A stretch of 49,088 nt of DNA, taken from NCBI GenBank assembly GCA_030595925.1, contig JAUVLC010000003.1, positions 1 through 49,088 of the forward strand, written 5' to 3'. Each line of letters begins with the position of its first letter. Within the stretch, counting starts at the first letter, position 1. Shown piece by piece: positions 28,723 to 38,923 of this stretch. A program made the translations under genes and the position numbers. The notes below the pieces were generated by a model. It was not told where the DNA came from, ran no database searches, and saw only the letters and a program-made list of their open reading frames with translations. Source of the stretch: Clostridia bacterium. Lineage in GTDB: Bacteria > CBDUZB01 > JAGLHV01.

Positions 28723-28796
28723 AAAATAAATGGGAAATAAAAATGAAATATATTACACAAAGAACAGTGTCATTATCTTTCCTTTATATTGGGTTA

Positions 28797-29100
28797 GATT
28801 TTAAAATTTTTATTTGCGCAAGGCGACTTTGGAGAAAATATGCCTGGGTATTTTAACATTGAATTGAATAGAGTCAATGATAAATTCTGTGCCGGAACCT
28901 TTTTACAAACAACTTAATTTTGTAATTCCCTGGAGACTGCTACAGGGTTATCTTGAAGTTTCCTCTTCCTGAGTGGGAGAGGGATAGGGTGAGGGGGGAA
29001 ATGGCTTGTTATGAGGTAGTTCATTTATTCAAAAATAATTCGACAAAATAATAAAATTTATGTTATATTAAAAAAGTTGCTACAAACTTGAGCAAGTCTC
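28797..29100. repeat. Direct repeat copy 2, ending in an ISL3-type terminal repeat
   Basis: Ends aaaaagttgctacaaacttgagcaagtctc, matching the ends of the IS at 37231-38653. Confidence 0.9.
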
Positions 29101-29150
29101 TAAATAAAAGATATACTAAATGAGGTGGGTTTTGAAAATTTTTCGGAAGA

Positions 29151-29600
29151 ATGTTTAAAAAGGGGGTAAAAATGAGAAACGGTAAAAATAAAAAGGGCGT
29201 AGATCTAAAAGAGAATAGAAAATGTCAACGGCGAAATAAATATCTTTTTGCTTTTTGTCAATACCCTTCTGGAAGAAGGATGTTGGATGTACAAGGTAAT
29301 CCAGTCGAAATCGAAGAAAATATTGTGTGGGATGCTGGCGGAGGAGGAGTAATGATTGAAAGAGAAAAGTTTATTTCTACTCGAGAGAAAATATTAATGG
29401 AGATATATTTTCCTACGGATGAGGTAAACAACACTATCATTTCGGTTTTTGCTGAAGGAGAAGTGTCCTGGGTAAAGAAAATACAAAAAAATAATTGTTT
29501 TAAAGGGAGTAATAAATACCGGGTGGGAATAAAATTTAATGATATTATAGAAGAGGATAAGAAAAATATTATTAAATACGTTAAGAAAAAAATCATCTAA
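29151..29600 (+). CDS. PilZ-domain protein
   Basis: RKCQR (RxxxR), DAGGGG (DxSxxG-like), GEVSWVK, YRVGIKF. Confidence 0.8.
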   Translation: MFKKGVKMRNGKNKKGVDLKENRKCQRRNKYLFAFCQYPSGRRMLDVQGNPVEIEENIVWDAGGGGVMIEREKFISTREKILMEIYFPTDEVNNTIISVFAEGEVSWVKKIQKNNCFKGSNKYRVGIKFNDIIEEDKKNIIKYVKKKII

Positions 29601-29650
29601 GATGAAATTGAATTTTAGAGGTAATAATGTTTGTTTTTTAATAATTAATT

Positions 29651-31129
29651 ATGGGTAAACCAATAAAAGTTAATTTATTTTTTAAATTTGTTTTGATCAT
29701 TTTTTTGATAAATATTATTCCTTTTATTATTTTGATGTGGTTTTCAAAAGTTAAAGGAATTAAAATTATAAGAGAAGAATTAGAGGTGAGGGCTAATTCT
29801 TTAGCTACAAAGGTTGCCTTTGAAAGTAAGTATGGGGTATTAAATAATAACAAAGAATTTTTGGATGGGGTTATTCAACAAGTATTTCTAATAGAAAAAG
29901 ATATTATTTTAGTTAGAATTACAAATGAAGAAGATATGATTTTAGCTGAAAAACTCAGAAAACCAAAGAATCTTCCTTTAAAATTTAGTATTACGGTTCC
30001 TATTAGAATAAAAAATTTTTTTATATATAAAAAACATCTGAAATTTCCTTCTCAAAAACAAGTTCAAAGAGTGGTAGGAAAAAATATAGGGAAAGTCGAG
30101 TTAACTGTTTCTGTCACGGATATGTATATGCTTAAAGCAAAGAAAGCAAGAAAAGAATTCTTTTTCTTGTTTTTTTTAATTATTATGATAGATATGCTTG
30201 GAGGTGTTTTTTTAATAAAGATTACTGTTGATCCAATTAAACGTTTAGTGAAAGGAACAAAAATAATTGCTGGAGGCGATCTAAATTATCAGGTGGAAGT
30301 TTTTTCCTCGGATGAAATAGGGTTGCTAACTGGTTCCTTTAACGAGATGACAAAAAAATTAAAAAAGTCACAAAATAATTTGACCCAGAGAAGAAAGAAA
30401 CTGGAAGAAAAAACTTGGGAATTAGAGTTAAAAAACAAAGAAATGGAGATATTTATTTATAGTGTTTCTCATGACTTAAAAGCTCCCTTGGTTGTAGTAG
30501 ATGGATTTGCGGCAAATTTACATACTAATTGCAAAAACAGGTTAGGGAAAAAAAACATTTATTATTTGGAACGGATTCGTGCCAATATTGATCAAATGGA
30601 ATCTTTGATAGAAGATTTACTTGAACTTTCCCGTGTTGGGAGGGTTAAAGGAAATTTAGAATTTGTAAATATCGTAAAGATAATAAATTTATCCAGAGAG
30701 ATGTTTTCAACTGCGTTGGAAAAAAAAGAAATAAGATTTTATCTGAAGGGGCCTTTTCCTTTAGTCTGGGGAGATTGCAATGGGATTAAACAGGTATTTG
30801 ACAATTTGATTGGTAATGCTGTCAAATTTATTGGCGATAAAAAATATCCTGAAATTAAAATAGGTTATTACAATGATGATGAAAATTATTGGACATTTTA
30901 TATTAAAGATACGGGTATTGGAATTTCTTCCGGGTATCACGAAAAAATATTTGAAGCTTTTCATCGGTTAAAAGATATAGAAACAGAAGGAACCGGTGTG
31001 GGGCTATCTATTGTGAAGAAGATTATTGATAATTATGGTGGAAAAATATGGGTAGAGTCAGAAGAAGGAAAAGGAACTATTTTTTATTTTACCCTCCTAA
31101 AAAAATCAAAAGATGATTTACCGTCTTGA
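29651..31129 (+). CDS. Membrane sensor histidine kinase (HAMP-HisKA-HATPase)
   Basis: 2 TM helices, DEIGLL..SFNEM, SVSHDLKAPL, NLIGNAVKF, DTGIGI, GTGVGLSI. Confidence 0.95.
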   Translation: MGKPIKVNLFFKFVLIIFLINIIPFIILMWFSKVKGIKIIREELEVRANSLATKVAFESKYGVLNNNKEFLDGVIQQVFLIEKDIILVRITNEEDMILAEKLRKPKNLPLKFSITVPIRIKNFFIYKKHLKFPSQKQVQRVVGKNIGKVELTVSVTDMYMLKAKKARKEFFFLFFLIIMIDMLGGVFLIKITVDPIKRLVKGTKIIAGGDLNYQVEVFSSDEIGLLTGSFNEMTKKLKKSQNNLTQRRKKLEEKTWELELKNKEMEIFIYSVSHDLKAPLVVVDGFAANLHTNCKNRLGKKNIYYLERIRANIDQMESLIEDLLELSRVGRVKGNLEFVNIVKIINLSREMFSTALEKKEIRFYLKGPFPLVWGDCNGIKQVFDNLIGNAVKFIGDKKYPEIKIGYYNDDENYWTFYIKDTGIGISSGYHEKIFEAFHRLKDIETEGTGVGLSIVKKIIDNYGGKIWVESEEGKGTIFYFTLLKKSKDDLPS

Positions 31130-31177
31130 TATATAAAAAATAATAAATGAAAATGTTTTTAGGAAAAGTGATTAAAT

Positions 31178-31624
31178 ATGAAATTTATCTCAAAAGATAT
31201 TTTGTTAATAGAAGATAATATTGATCACAGAGAATTAATTATAAATGAGATTAAAAAAACCAAAGAATTAGTTAATACGATTTATTCGGTGGAAGATGGG
31301 CAGGAAGCGTTAGATTTTTTATTCCGTAAAGGAAAAGATCAGACAGTGAATAAATATTTTGTACTTGGACTTATTATTTTGGATATTCATTTGCCTAAAG
31401 TGAACGGGCTTGAGATTTTAAAGAAGATTAAATTAGATGAGCAATTAAAGACTATTCCGGTACTTGTTTTTACCAGTTCTTCTCATCACCAGGATATGGT
31501 TCAGGCTTATGCTAATTATGCAAATAGTTATGTAATTAAACCGGTTAAAATTGAAGACTTCATTGATAAAATAAAAAAAATAATATTTTACTGGAATTCA
31601 ATTAATTTTTTACCCCTGAAGTAG
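31178..31624 (+). CDS. Single-domain response regulator (Rcp1-like)
   Basis: LLIEDN, LDIHLPKVNG, TSSS, ANSYVIKP, FYW tail. Confidence 0.93.
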   Translation: MKFISKDILLIEDNIDHRELIINEIKKTKELVNTIYSVEDGQEALDFLFRKGKDQTVNKYFVLGLIILDIHLPKVNGLEILKKIKLDEQLKTIPVLVFTSSSHHQDMVQAYANYANSYVIKPVKIEDFIDKIKKIIFYWNSINFLPLK

Positions 31625-31757
31625 AAATCAAGTTTTCCTTCCTTTTTTCAGAGATACATAATCCGGAATTTACGATTTTTTAATCTTGTGAGTTTTCAGC
31701 CTAATTTTTTTTGTTATGGATAGATTATAGTGCAGATTTTAGTTTTATCCTTTTATC

Positions 31758-31787
31758 TTGACAAGTATTTTTTGTTTCTTGTATAAT
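31758..31787 (+). promoter_or_regulatory. Consensus sigma70 promoter
   Basis: TTGACA-18 bp-TATAAT. Confidence 0.75.
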
Positions 31788-31828
31788 AAAAAGCAATATA
31801 GAAAATAATAGTAAAAGGAGCGAAATTA

Positions 31829-32797
31829 ATGTCATTGAAAAGCAAATTAGGTCTAACGTTGATTTCTTTTTTGATGGTGATGAATGTTGTTTTTTACGGG
31901 TACACGATAGAAGAGGATGTGGAAAAGAATGTTATAACCGAACAAGATGAAGAAACTCAAGACATAGTGGATGTAGAAATAAAAAATAAATCCGAATATA
32001 GTGGATTGATTGAAAAATTACGGGATAAAAAGACTAAAATACGTTTGGCTGCGGTAAGGGAATTAAATAGAATTGGGAAAGAAGAAATAGTATGTTTTTT
32101 AGTTGATGCGCTCAGTGATAGAAAAGTTGGAATTCGGTTAGAGAGTATTGCTGCGTTGGGGAAAATAGGGGGAAAAGAAGCTATTGAAGGTATAATAAAA
32201 AAAGGTTTAACTGATAAAAATAAAAAAGTTCGTTTAATTGCTATTAATTCATTAGTGAAAATTGCCGGGAGATCTGCAATTTTTCCGCTGAAAGAACACT
32301 TGTTGATTGAGGAAGACAGCAAAATAAGGTTTAGAATAATTAATATATTTGCAGTAATAGGAAATGATGATGTTGTTCCTGTGCTGGTTGAATCTTTAAA
32401 TGATTCCAGCTTAAAAAATAGACTAATTGTTGTAAATACTCTTGCTATAATCGGAACTCCTTTGACTGTTTCCGCCTTAGCTAATTCCTTAGAAAATGAA
32501 GTAAACAGAGAAGAAGTTTCGCTTTCTATAATAAAAATTTTGGGGACGATACGCAGTAGAGATTCTGTGCCCGTTTTAATTAGAATGGCTGCTATCAGAG
32601 GAAAGTCGGAGATTAACACAGCGGCAGTTGAAAGTTTAGGAATTATCGGGGATAAAAGAGCGATATCTGTTTTAAACGAATTATTGGTTTATGGTGATAT
32701 AAGGTTGAGGGAGACAGTCAGGGAAGCGATAAATAAAATTTTAACAAAAAATGCTTTAATTAAGCTTAGAAAACGTAAAAGTTTACAAAAAAAATAA
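31829..32797 (+). CDS. HEAT-repeat protein with N-terminal signal/TM segment
   Basis: Repeats of the form LxDxxxxIRLxAxxALGxIG. Confidence 0.88.
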   Translation: MSLKSKLGLTLISFLMVMNVVFYGYTIEEDVEKNVITEQDEETQDIVDVEIKNKSEYSGLIEKLRDKKTKIRLAAVRELNRIGKEEIVCFLVDALSDRKVGIRLESIAALGKIGGKEAIEGIIKKGLTDKNKKVRLIAINSLVKIAGRSAIFPLKEHLLIEEDSKIRFRIINIFAVIGNDDVVPVLVESLNDSSLKNRLIVVNTLAIIGTPLTVSALANSLENEVNREEVSLSIIKILGTIRSRDSVPVLIRMAAIRGKSEINTAAVESLGIIGDKRAISVLNELLVYGDIRLRETVREAINKILTKNALIKLRKRKSLQKK

Positions 32798-32823
32798 AAA
32801 AAATAATTTTTCGGGAATAAAAA

Positions 32824-34155
32824 TTGAATAGATACCTTAGTAAAATTAAAGTTTTTCTTATAAAAGATTTATGGGAAATTGAAAATGTTGGAATTTTTAC
32901 CTTTAAATCTTTTTTATACAAACAAATACGCATAATTTTTATGGTTTGGAAGGGTTTTGTAGAAGACAATTGTCCCCTTCATGCTTCTGCATTAACTTTT
33001 ACTACTTTACTTTCTATAGTGCCTTTTTTAGCAGTGCTATTTTCTATTTCCAAAGGATTGGGATTAAAAGTTTTAGAACCACTATTATTAAATGAGACAA
33101 TTACAGGTATAGGTGGAGATGTTGTGAGGTTGCTTGTTTCTTCTGCAAAAAAGACCAATACTACTGCTCTGGGAGCTTTAGGAGGAGGAGTACTTATTAT
33201 AACAGTAGTTAAAATGTTATCTACGGTAGAGAATTCTTTCAATACTATTTGGGGAGTAAAAAGGTCTCGCAGTATACTTAGAAAAACAAGCGATTATCTT
33301 AGTGTGTTGATAGTCGTTCCTGTTTTAATCGCAGCGGCAATGACCGTAACGGCTTTTTTGGAGAATATATCTTTTGCTCAAAAAATTCTAACCCAGGGAA
33401 TGATTAAACAACTAATAATTAACTTTGTTCCTTTTGTTTCTTTGTGGATTGCTTTTATTTCTGTGTATATGTTTATGCCCAACACCAGAGTCAAGATTCA
33501 ACATGCATTGATAGGAGGGGTAATAGCGGGAACAATATGGCAACTTGTTCAGCGGATTTATATTAATTTTGGAATTGGTGTTGCTAAATATAATGCCATT
33601 TATGGAGGATTTGCCCAATTTCCTTTATTTCTTATCTGGTTGTACATTAGTTGGGTAATTGTTCTTCTTGGAGCTGAAATTTCCTTTGCCAATCAAAATG
33701 TAAAAACTTATACCCATGAAAAATGGGCACAATCAGCAAGTTATTCTTTTCGGGAAGAATTAGTTTTATATTTAGTAGCCTTAATCGCTAATAACTTTTA
33801 TTCAGGGTCTCCTCCCTGGACAGTGGAGAGGATTTCGCAAAAATTAAATGTTTCCAGCCGATTAGTTAAAGATATACTCTTTCAGTTGTGTAAAACGGAT
33901 ATTTTACACGAAGTAATTGGTGATATTACATATTATCAACCGGCGGCAGCTTTAGAAAAAATATCTATTGAAAGAGTTTTAAATGAGGTAAAGAATTACG
34001 GAGAAAATCCTTCACAAAAAATAAAAATAGAAAATAAAGATGCTAAATACGTAAAAGAAATAATAAACAATCTTAATCAGGCAAGAAAAAAAAGTTTAAA
34101 TAATATGACCCTTAGAGATTTGGTTTTAGAAGTACAGTTGGATAAAGAAAAATAA
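32824..34155 (+). CDS. YihY/BrkB-family membrane protein with C-terminal HTH
   Basis: ASALTFTTLLSIVP, FNTIW, YNAIYGGFA..PLFLIW.YISWVIVLLGAE. Confidence 0.9.
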   Translation: MNRYLSKIKVFLIKDLWEIENVGIFTFKSFLYKQIRIIFMVWKGFVEDNCPLHASALTFTTLLSIVPFLAVLFSISKGLGLKVLEPLLLNETITGIGGDVVRLLVSSAKKTNTTALGALGGGVLIITVVKMLSTVENSFNTIWGVKRSRSILRKTSDYLSVLIVVPVLIAAAMTVTAFLENISFAQKILTQGMIKQLIINFVPFVSLWIAFISVYMFMPNTRVKIQHALIGGVIAGTIWQLVQRIYINFGIGVAKYNAIYGGFAQFPLFLIWLYISWVIVLLGAEISFANQNVKTYTHEKWAQSASYSFREELVLYLVALIANNFYSGSPPWTVERISQKLNVSSRLVKDILFQLCKTDILHEVIGDITYYQPAAALEKISIERVLNEVKNYGENPSQKIKIENKDAKYVKEIINNLNQARKKSLNNMTLRDLVLEVQLDKEK

Positions 34156-34283
34156 AGTATATTGGCAAAAGAAAATTTGTAACCTACCGAAAAGAAGATT
34201 TCTTTAATAATATTTTTATTAGAATGGAGGAAAGGGTATTTTGGGTTTATACACGGAGTAAAAAACAATAAAAGAGGAAATAA

Positions 34284-35906
34284 ATGCTAAAAAAAATAAA
34301 GATTTTTAAAACAATATTTTTATTGTTATTTTTGTTTGGTTGTAATCAGAGGGAGAAAGAAAAAAAAATAAATTTTGAGGATAAACCCTGTTACGGAGAT
34401 ATGATTGTTGATGCTTCTATTGGGGATGCCAGTTATTTAAATCCTGTTTTGGCTACTGATGCATCTTCCGGAACTATAAATGATCTCATTTATAATGGAT
34501 TAGTGAAATATGATAAAGATTTAAATTTAGTGGGGGATTTAGCAAAATCATGGAAAGTTTCCGAGGATAGGTTGATTATTACTTTTTACTTACACGAAAA
34601 TGTTATGTGGCATGATGGCGTTCCTTTTACTGCTAATGATGTTAAGTTTACTTACGAGCAGTTAATTAATCCGAAAGTGAAAACTCCTTATTCATCGAAG
34701 TTTGAAGAGGTATCCGAGGTTGAAATTATAGATAAATATACTTTACGGATAACCTATAGAGAACCCTTTTCTCCCGGGCTTTCTTCCTGGGGGATGGGGA
34801 TTATCCCCCGTCATATTTTTCAAAAAGGAGATTTTAATACCCATCCGGCTAATCAGTGTCCCATAGGTACAGGCCCTTATATTTTCAAAGAATGGAAAAG
34901 AGATGAAAAAATTGTTTTGGAGGCAAATCACGAATATTTTAAAGGAAAACCGTATATCAATAAATATGTTTATCGTATTATTCCTGACCAGGCAGTAGAA
35001 TTTTTGGAGTTAAAATCAGGAAATGTTGATATGATGAGCCTGACTCCTCACCAGTACCAAAATGAAACTAATTCCTCCCTGTTTCAAGAGAAATTTAATC
35101 GTTTTCGGTATCCTAATTTTGTATATACTTATCTTGGGTATAATCTCCTTAATCCTCTTTTTAAAGATAAACGGATTCGGCAGGCGATAGCTTATGCTAT
35201 AAATAAAGAAGAGATTATTCAGGGGGTACTTTTAGGTTTGGGAAAACCGGCAACCGGTCCTTTTCCTCCTCTTTCCTGGGCATATAACCCAGCGGTAAAA
35301 CAGTATCCGTATGATATTGATAAAGCAAAAAAGATTTTGAATGAAATAGGATGGAAAGATACAAATAACGATGGAATTTTGGATAAGAACGGGAAAAAGT
35401 TTGAATTTACTATTACCACTAATCAGGGTAATAAAATGAGGGCGCTTTGTGCTGAGATTATTCAGGCTAATTTAAGTAAAATAGGAATAAAAATAAAAAT
35501 TCATATTATAGAATGGAGTTCTTTTATTCATCAGTATATAGATAAGAAGAAATTTGAAGCAATTATTTTGGGCTGGTCATTATCCCTTGATCCTGATTGT
35601 TATAGTATTTGGCATTCCAGTCAAATGAAGGAAGATAAATACAATTTTATTTCTTATAAAAATGAAGAAGTTGATAAACTTTTAGTAAAGGGAAGAAGAG
35701 TTTTTGACCAGGAAAAAAGAAAAGAGATTTATTATCGTATTCATGCTATTCTTGCGGAGGAACAGCCCTATACTTTTTTATATGTAGGGGATGCCTTGCC
35801 GGTGGTACATAATAGATTTTATGGGATAAAGATTGCTCCTTCAGGTATTGGATATAATTTTATTAAGTGGTATGTGCCTAAAAGTTTGCAAAAATATACT
35901 CCATAG
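34284..35906 (+). CDS. Peptide ABC transporter substrate-binding lipoprotein (family 5)
   Basis: Lipobox FLFGC, WHDGVPFTANDVKFT, PIGTGPY, RIRQAIAYAIN. Confidence 0.93.
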   Translation: MLKKIKIFKTIFLLLFLFGCNQREKEKKINFEDKPCYGDMIVDASIGDASYLNPVLATDASSGTINDLIYNGLVKYDKDLNLVGDLAKSWKVSEDRLIITFYLHENVMWHDGVPFTANDVKFTYEQLINPKVKTPYSSKFEEVSEVEIIDKYTLRITYREPFSPGLSSWGMGIIPRHIFQKGDFNTHPANQCPIGTGPYIFKEWKRDEKIVLEANHEYFKGKPYINKYVYRIIPDQAVEFLELKSGNVDMMSLTPHQYQNETNSSLFQEKFNRFRYPNFVYTYLGYNLLNPLFKDKRIRQAIAYAINKEEIIQGVLLGLGKPATGPFPPLSWAYNPAVKQYPYDIDKAKKILNEIGWKDTNNDGILDKNGKKFEFTITTNQGNKMRALCAEIIQANLSKIGIKIKIHIIEWSSFIHQYIDKKKFEAIILGWSLSLDPDCYSIWHSSQMKEDKYNFISYKNEEVDKLLVKGRRVFDQEKRKEIYYRIHAILAEEQPYTFLYVGDALPVVHNRFYGIKIAPSGIGYNFIKWYVPKSLQKYTP

Positions 35907-36075
35907 GCACAAAAAACAAATTTCATAAAAATTGATATTTTTTGGACAGTTTTAATATAATCTATATATTAAATTATCTGATGAGGGAACAATTATCTAA
36001 TATATTGGATGATAGTTTAAAAAATTGGGATAAAATATGAAGAAGAATATTTTTTATAAAATCTGATTAAATTAC

Positions 36076-36104
36076 TTGACAATAAAACGATTATCTAATA
36101 TATT
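36076..36104 (+). promoter_or_regulatory. Promoter with palindromic operator for the MNT-HEPN pair
   Basis: TTGACA-17 bp-TATATT overlapped by atctaatatattggat. Confidence 0.7.
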
Positions 36105-36133
36105 GGATGATAGTTCAAAAAATTGGGAGAAAC

Positions 36134-36676
36134 ATGAAAAAGAAAGATATTCTTGTTGCTACGAATGCACAAAAGATATTATATTTTCTTATAGGTCATC
36201 CGATTCGAAATTTCCTCGAGACTGAAATTCAAAAAGCAGTAAAAATTAGCAAATCCGGTGTTAATTATGCACTTCGTGATCTTATTACTACAGATTTTAT
36301 TTTTCGAATTAAACGAGGAAAAACTTTTTTTTATACGCTCAATCATAAAAACCTTATTGTTAAACAACTCAAAATAATAGGAACAATAAACCAGTTAAAT
36401 GGCTTTCTGCAGAAATTAAGATCATTATCGTCAAGAATAATTATTTTTGGCAGTTCGAGCAGAGGAGAAGATACTCCCGATAGTGATATAGATTTATTGA
36501 TTATTAGCCGCAGCAAAGATTTGGTAATGGAACAAATTAAGCGTTATAGAAATAAAAGAAAAATCCAGGGTATAATTTATTCCAATTTGAATTTCATTGA
36601 AAAGAAAAAAACAGATCCTATTTTTTATGAACAGGTAAATAAAGGAATTGTCTTATGGGAAGGGGAAGAGCTATGA
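36134..36676 (+). CDS. HTH plus minimal nucleotidyltransferase (MNT antitoxin-like)
   Basis: IIFGSSSRGEDTPDSDIDLLII; start after RBS gggag. Confidence 0.88.
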   Translation: MKKKDILVATNAQKILYFLIGHPIRNFLETEIQKAVKISKSGVNYALRDLITTDFIFRIKRGKTFFYTLNHKNLIVKQLKIIGTINQLNGFLQKLRSLSSRIIIFGSSSRGEDTPDSDIDLLIISRSKDLVMEQIKRYRNKRKIQGIIYSNLNFIEKKKTDPIFYEQVNKGIVLWEGEEL

Positions 36677-37104
36677 CCTTTGAAGAATGTTTGAAAAAAA
36701 GTAGGATAAAAGAATTTTCTCAGGGGAAAGCCCTGGTTCTAAAAGAACTGAAAACTGCCGAACAAGACCTCATAGATGGAAAAGAAGGATTCAAACGGGA
36801 AAAATACAAATGGACAACTATCCAGAGTTATTATGCCATGTTTCATTCTGCACGAGCTCTTTTATATAATAATAATTATCGTGAAAAAAGCCACCACTGT
36901 CTGATTGTTGCTTTGAGAAAGCTCTATGTTGATAGCGGGAAACTATCGGCATATTTTATTGAGGCCTTACAAAAAGGTAAAGCACTGCGGGAAGATGCAG
37001 ACTATTATGGTGACTGGTCAAAGGTTGGCTCTAATGAAATGTTGAAACTTGCCGAAGAATTTTTAGACAAAGCAAAAGAGCTTGTGCACATAGAACATGA
37101 ATAA
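36673..37104 (+). CDS. HEPN-domain protein
   Basis: [21 protein letters not shown] (Rx4Y); ATGA overlap with the MNT gene. Confidence 0.9.
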   Translation: MTFEECLKKSRIKEFSQGKALVLKELKTAEQDLIDGKEGFKREKYKWTTIQSYYAMFHSARALLYNNNYREKSHHCLIVALRKLYVDSGKLSAYFIEALQKGKALREDADYYGDWSKVGSNEMLKLAEEFLDKAKELVHIEHE

Positions 37105-37230
37105 CAAAAAGATATACCCAAAAGCTATTCGTAATTGGCCGGAAGACGATAGACCCAGAGAAAAGTTGTTGAAATATGGGGAACATAGTTTGAGTAATGC
37201 AGAATTATTGGCTATTCTTATCAGAATAGG
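37097..37230 (+). pseudogene. radC: RadC N-terminal stub truncated by the IS
   Basis: [35 protein letters not shown], followed directly by the IS end. Confidence 0.88.
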
Positions 37231-38653
37231 GAAACTTGCTCAAGTTTGTAGCAACTTTTTAAGGAATCTAATGTAATTATAAAGAGATTTATAAGAAATT
37301 CGTGTTTTAAATTAAAATTGACTTAAATATTTCGTTCTTTGGTATAATTTCAAGTGATCTTGTAAGCCTTTAATAGTTCTAAAACCATATCTTGATTTCT
37401 CCCAAGATCGCACTATTTTAATTAAATTTTCAGCATTACCAGATCTTAAAACATCTGGTTCTTTCAAGAAAGTAAACATATAATGACAGGTTGCTGTATT
37501 CATAAACAAGCGAATAATTTTTTTGAAATAAATATTCTTTTTGTGCCATTTTTCATAGTAAAGTTGGTTTTTTTTGTCATAAGCTTCTTGTTGAGTTTTT
37601 GATTTTTCACATATATTACGGATTCGATCTTTGAAAATTAGAACATCTTCAATAATTGTGCCTTTGTGAATCTTCCGAAGTTCTTGGATTTTCTCTGTTC
37701 TTTTTTCCGTCATCTTTTTATGATTGTTAAAATTTGTAAGGAGAATTTTTCGGTGATTCCAAAGATCAATAGCCAGGACATTAAATTCGTTCTCTTTTAA
37801 TGATTTACAGTACTCTTTTATTGTTTTCTCAAGATGACGGTTAATGTCCTGCCAAATGTGGAAGTAATCATATTGAATTTTGGCCTTAGGATAAACTTCT
37901 TTAATAGCAATAGGGAAAGACTTCCACATATCAACAATAAAACACTTAACTTCTTCTATACCAAGTTCTTTGAGTTTCTTAAGGTATTTTACTACCTCGT
38001 TTTTATCTTGGCTTTTAACACTGTCTATATAAAGAATATGTCCTTTAATTCTATCTGAAATTATCAAAGCCTTATTCTTTGACCGTTTAGGATTAAGATC
38101 GTCTAAACAAAGCACTTTAGAAGGAGATAGTTGATGAATCAGATCTTTGAAATTCAAGCTATCTGCTTCCCGATGTTTCCAGCGATCTATTGTTTGTCGA
38201 GAGCCAGTAGTATTCAAAGAACGAGAAAAACGGTTTTTTATCTTCTGAGAAGGAATATTATCAATTATATTTGAAGCTATGGCTTCACGGATAATTCTAT
38301 CCGTAGCTTTTTGATATTTAGTTATTCCTTTTATTGGAAGAGAAAAACTTTTAATGCTACAATCAGAATTTAAACATTTAGCCATTACAACTTGCACCTT
38401 AAGTAAAACTGGTTTATTAAGATTAAAATCTTTTACTGTCTTCCAGTGTTCTTTCTCTTTTTTGAAAGGTTGTTTTATACCACAAGAAGGACAATAACAG
38501 TGTTTTGGAATTCGGGTCTTTACAATTTTAATTTTTGACATTGGTAGATCCTCTTTTTAAAAAAAAGTCTACCAATTTATATTTCAAAGAGCAAAATTAA
38601 TCTTATAATTTTTCAGTATTTTTAAAAAGTTGCTACAAACTTGAGTAAGTTTC
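37231..38653 (-). mobile_element. ISL3-family insertion sequence (1423 bp)
   Basis: 32-bp TIRs gaaacttgctcaagtttgtagcaactttttaa / ttaaaaagttgctacaaacttgagtaagtttc (1 mismatch); no clear TSD. Confidence 0.88.
37312..38541 (-). CDS. ISL3-family DDE transposase
   Basis: N-terminal CPSCG...CLNSDC zinc finger, LCLDD, DMWKSF..AI..VYPKAKIQYDYFH, RYGFR. Confidence 0.85.
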   Translation of the reverse strand: MSKIKIVKTRIPKHCYCPSCGIKQPFKKEKEHWKTVKDFNLNKPVLLKVQVVMAKCLNSDCSIKSFSLPIKGITKYQKATDRIIREAIASNIIDNIPSQKIKNRFSRSLNTTGSRQTIDRWKHREADSLNFKDLIHQLSPSKVLCLDDLNPKRSKNKALIISDRIKGHILYIDSVKSQDKNEVVKYLKKLKELGIEEVKCFIVDMWKSFPIAIKEVYPKAKIQYDYFHIWQDINRHLEKTIKEYCKSLKENEFNVLAIDLWNHRKILLTNFNNHKKMTEKRTEKIQELRKIHKGTIIEDVLIFKDRIRNICEKSKTQQEAYDKKNQLYYEKWHKKNIYFKKIIRLFMNTATCHYMFTFLKEPDVLRSGNAENLIKIVRSWEKSRYGFRTIKGLQDHLKLYQRTKYLSQF

Positions 38654-38850
38654 TAGTTTTAATATATAGATTATACTAAATTATCTGATGAGGGAACAAT
38701 TATCTAATATATTGGATGATAGTTAAAAAAATTGGGAGAAAACAGGAAGAAGAAAAATATTCTTATTTATAGAGATATTCAAGTATAGATTATTCAATCC
38801 GGGATTTTCTTTTTCGATACTAAATCTACTCTCATAAAAAAGGTTTTTGA

Positions 38851-38879
38851 TTGACAAGGAATGATATTTTTTGTATTAT
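38851..38879 (+). promoter_or_regulatory. sigma70 promoter of the glmU-prs-rplY-pth operon
   Basis: TTGACA-17 bp-TATTAT. Confidence 0.6.
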
Positions 38880-38923
38880 AACACCGCTAAAAAGGGTGAT
38901 TTTGAATTTGAAGTAGGGATAAA

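Noticed and set aside
14200-29100. Prophage or conjugative element
   Set aside because: No structural, replication, integrase or conjugation genes are present.
31957-32619. 220-aa minus-strand ORF and the other short antisense ORFs in the track
   Set aside because: They are shadows of well-supported plus-strand genes and have no motifs or RBS.
2942-38879. Lineage-specific 18-bp promoter spacing
   Set aside because: Four candidate promoters have 18 bp but three have 17 bp; the sample is small and within the normal range.
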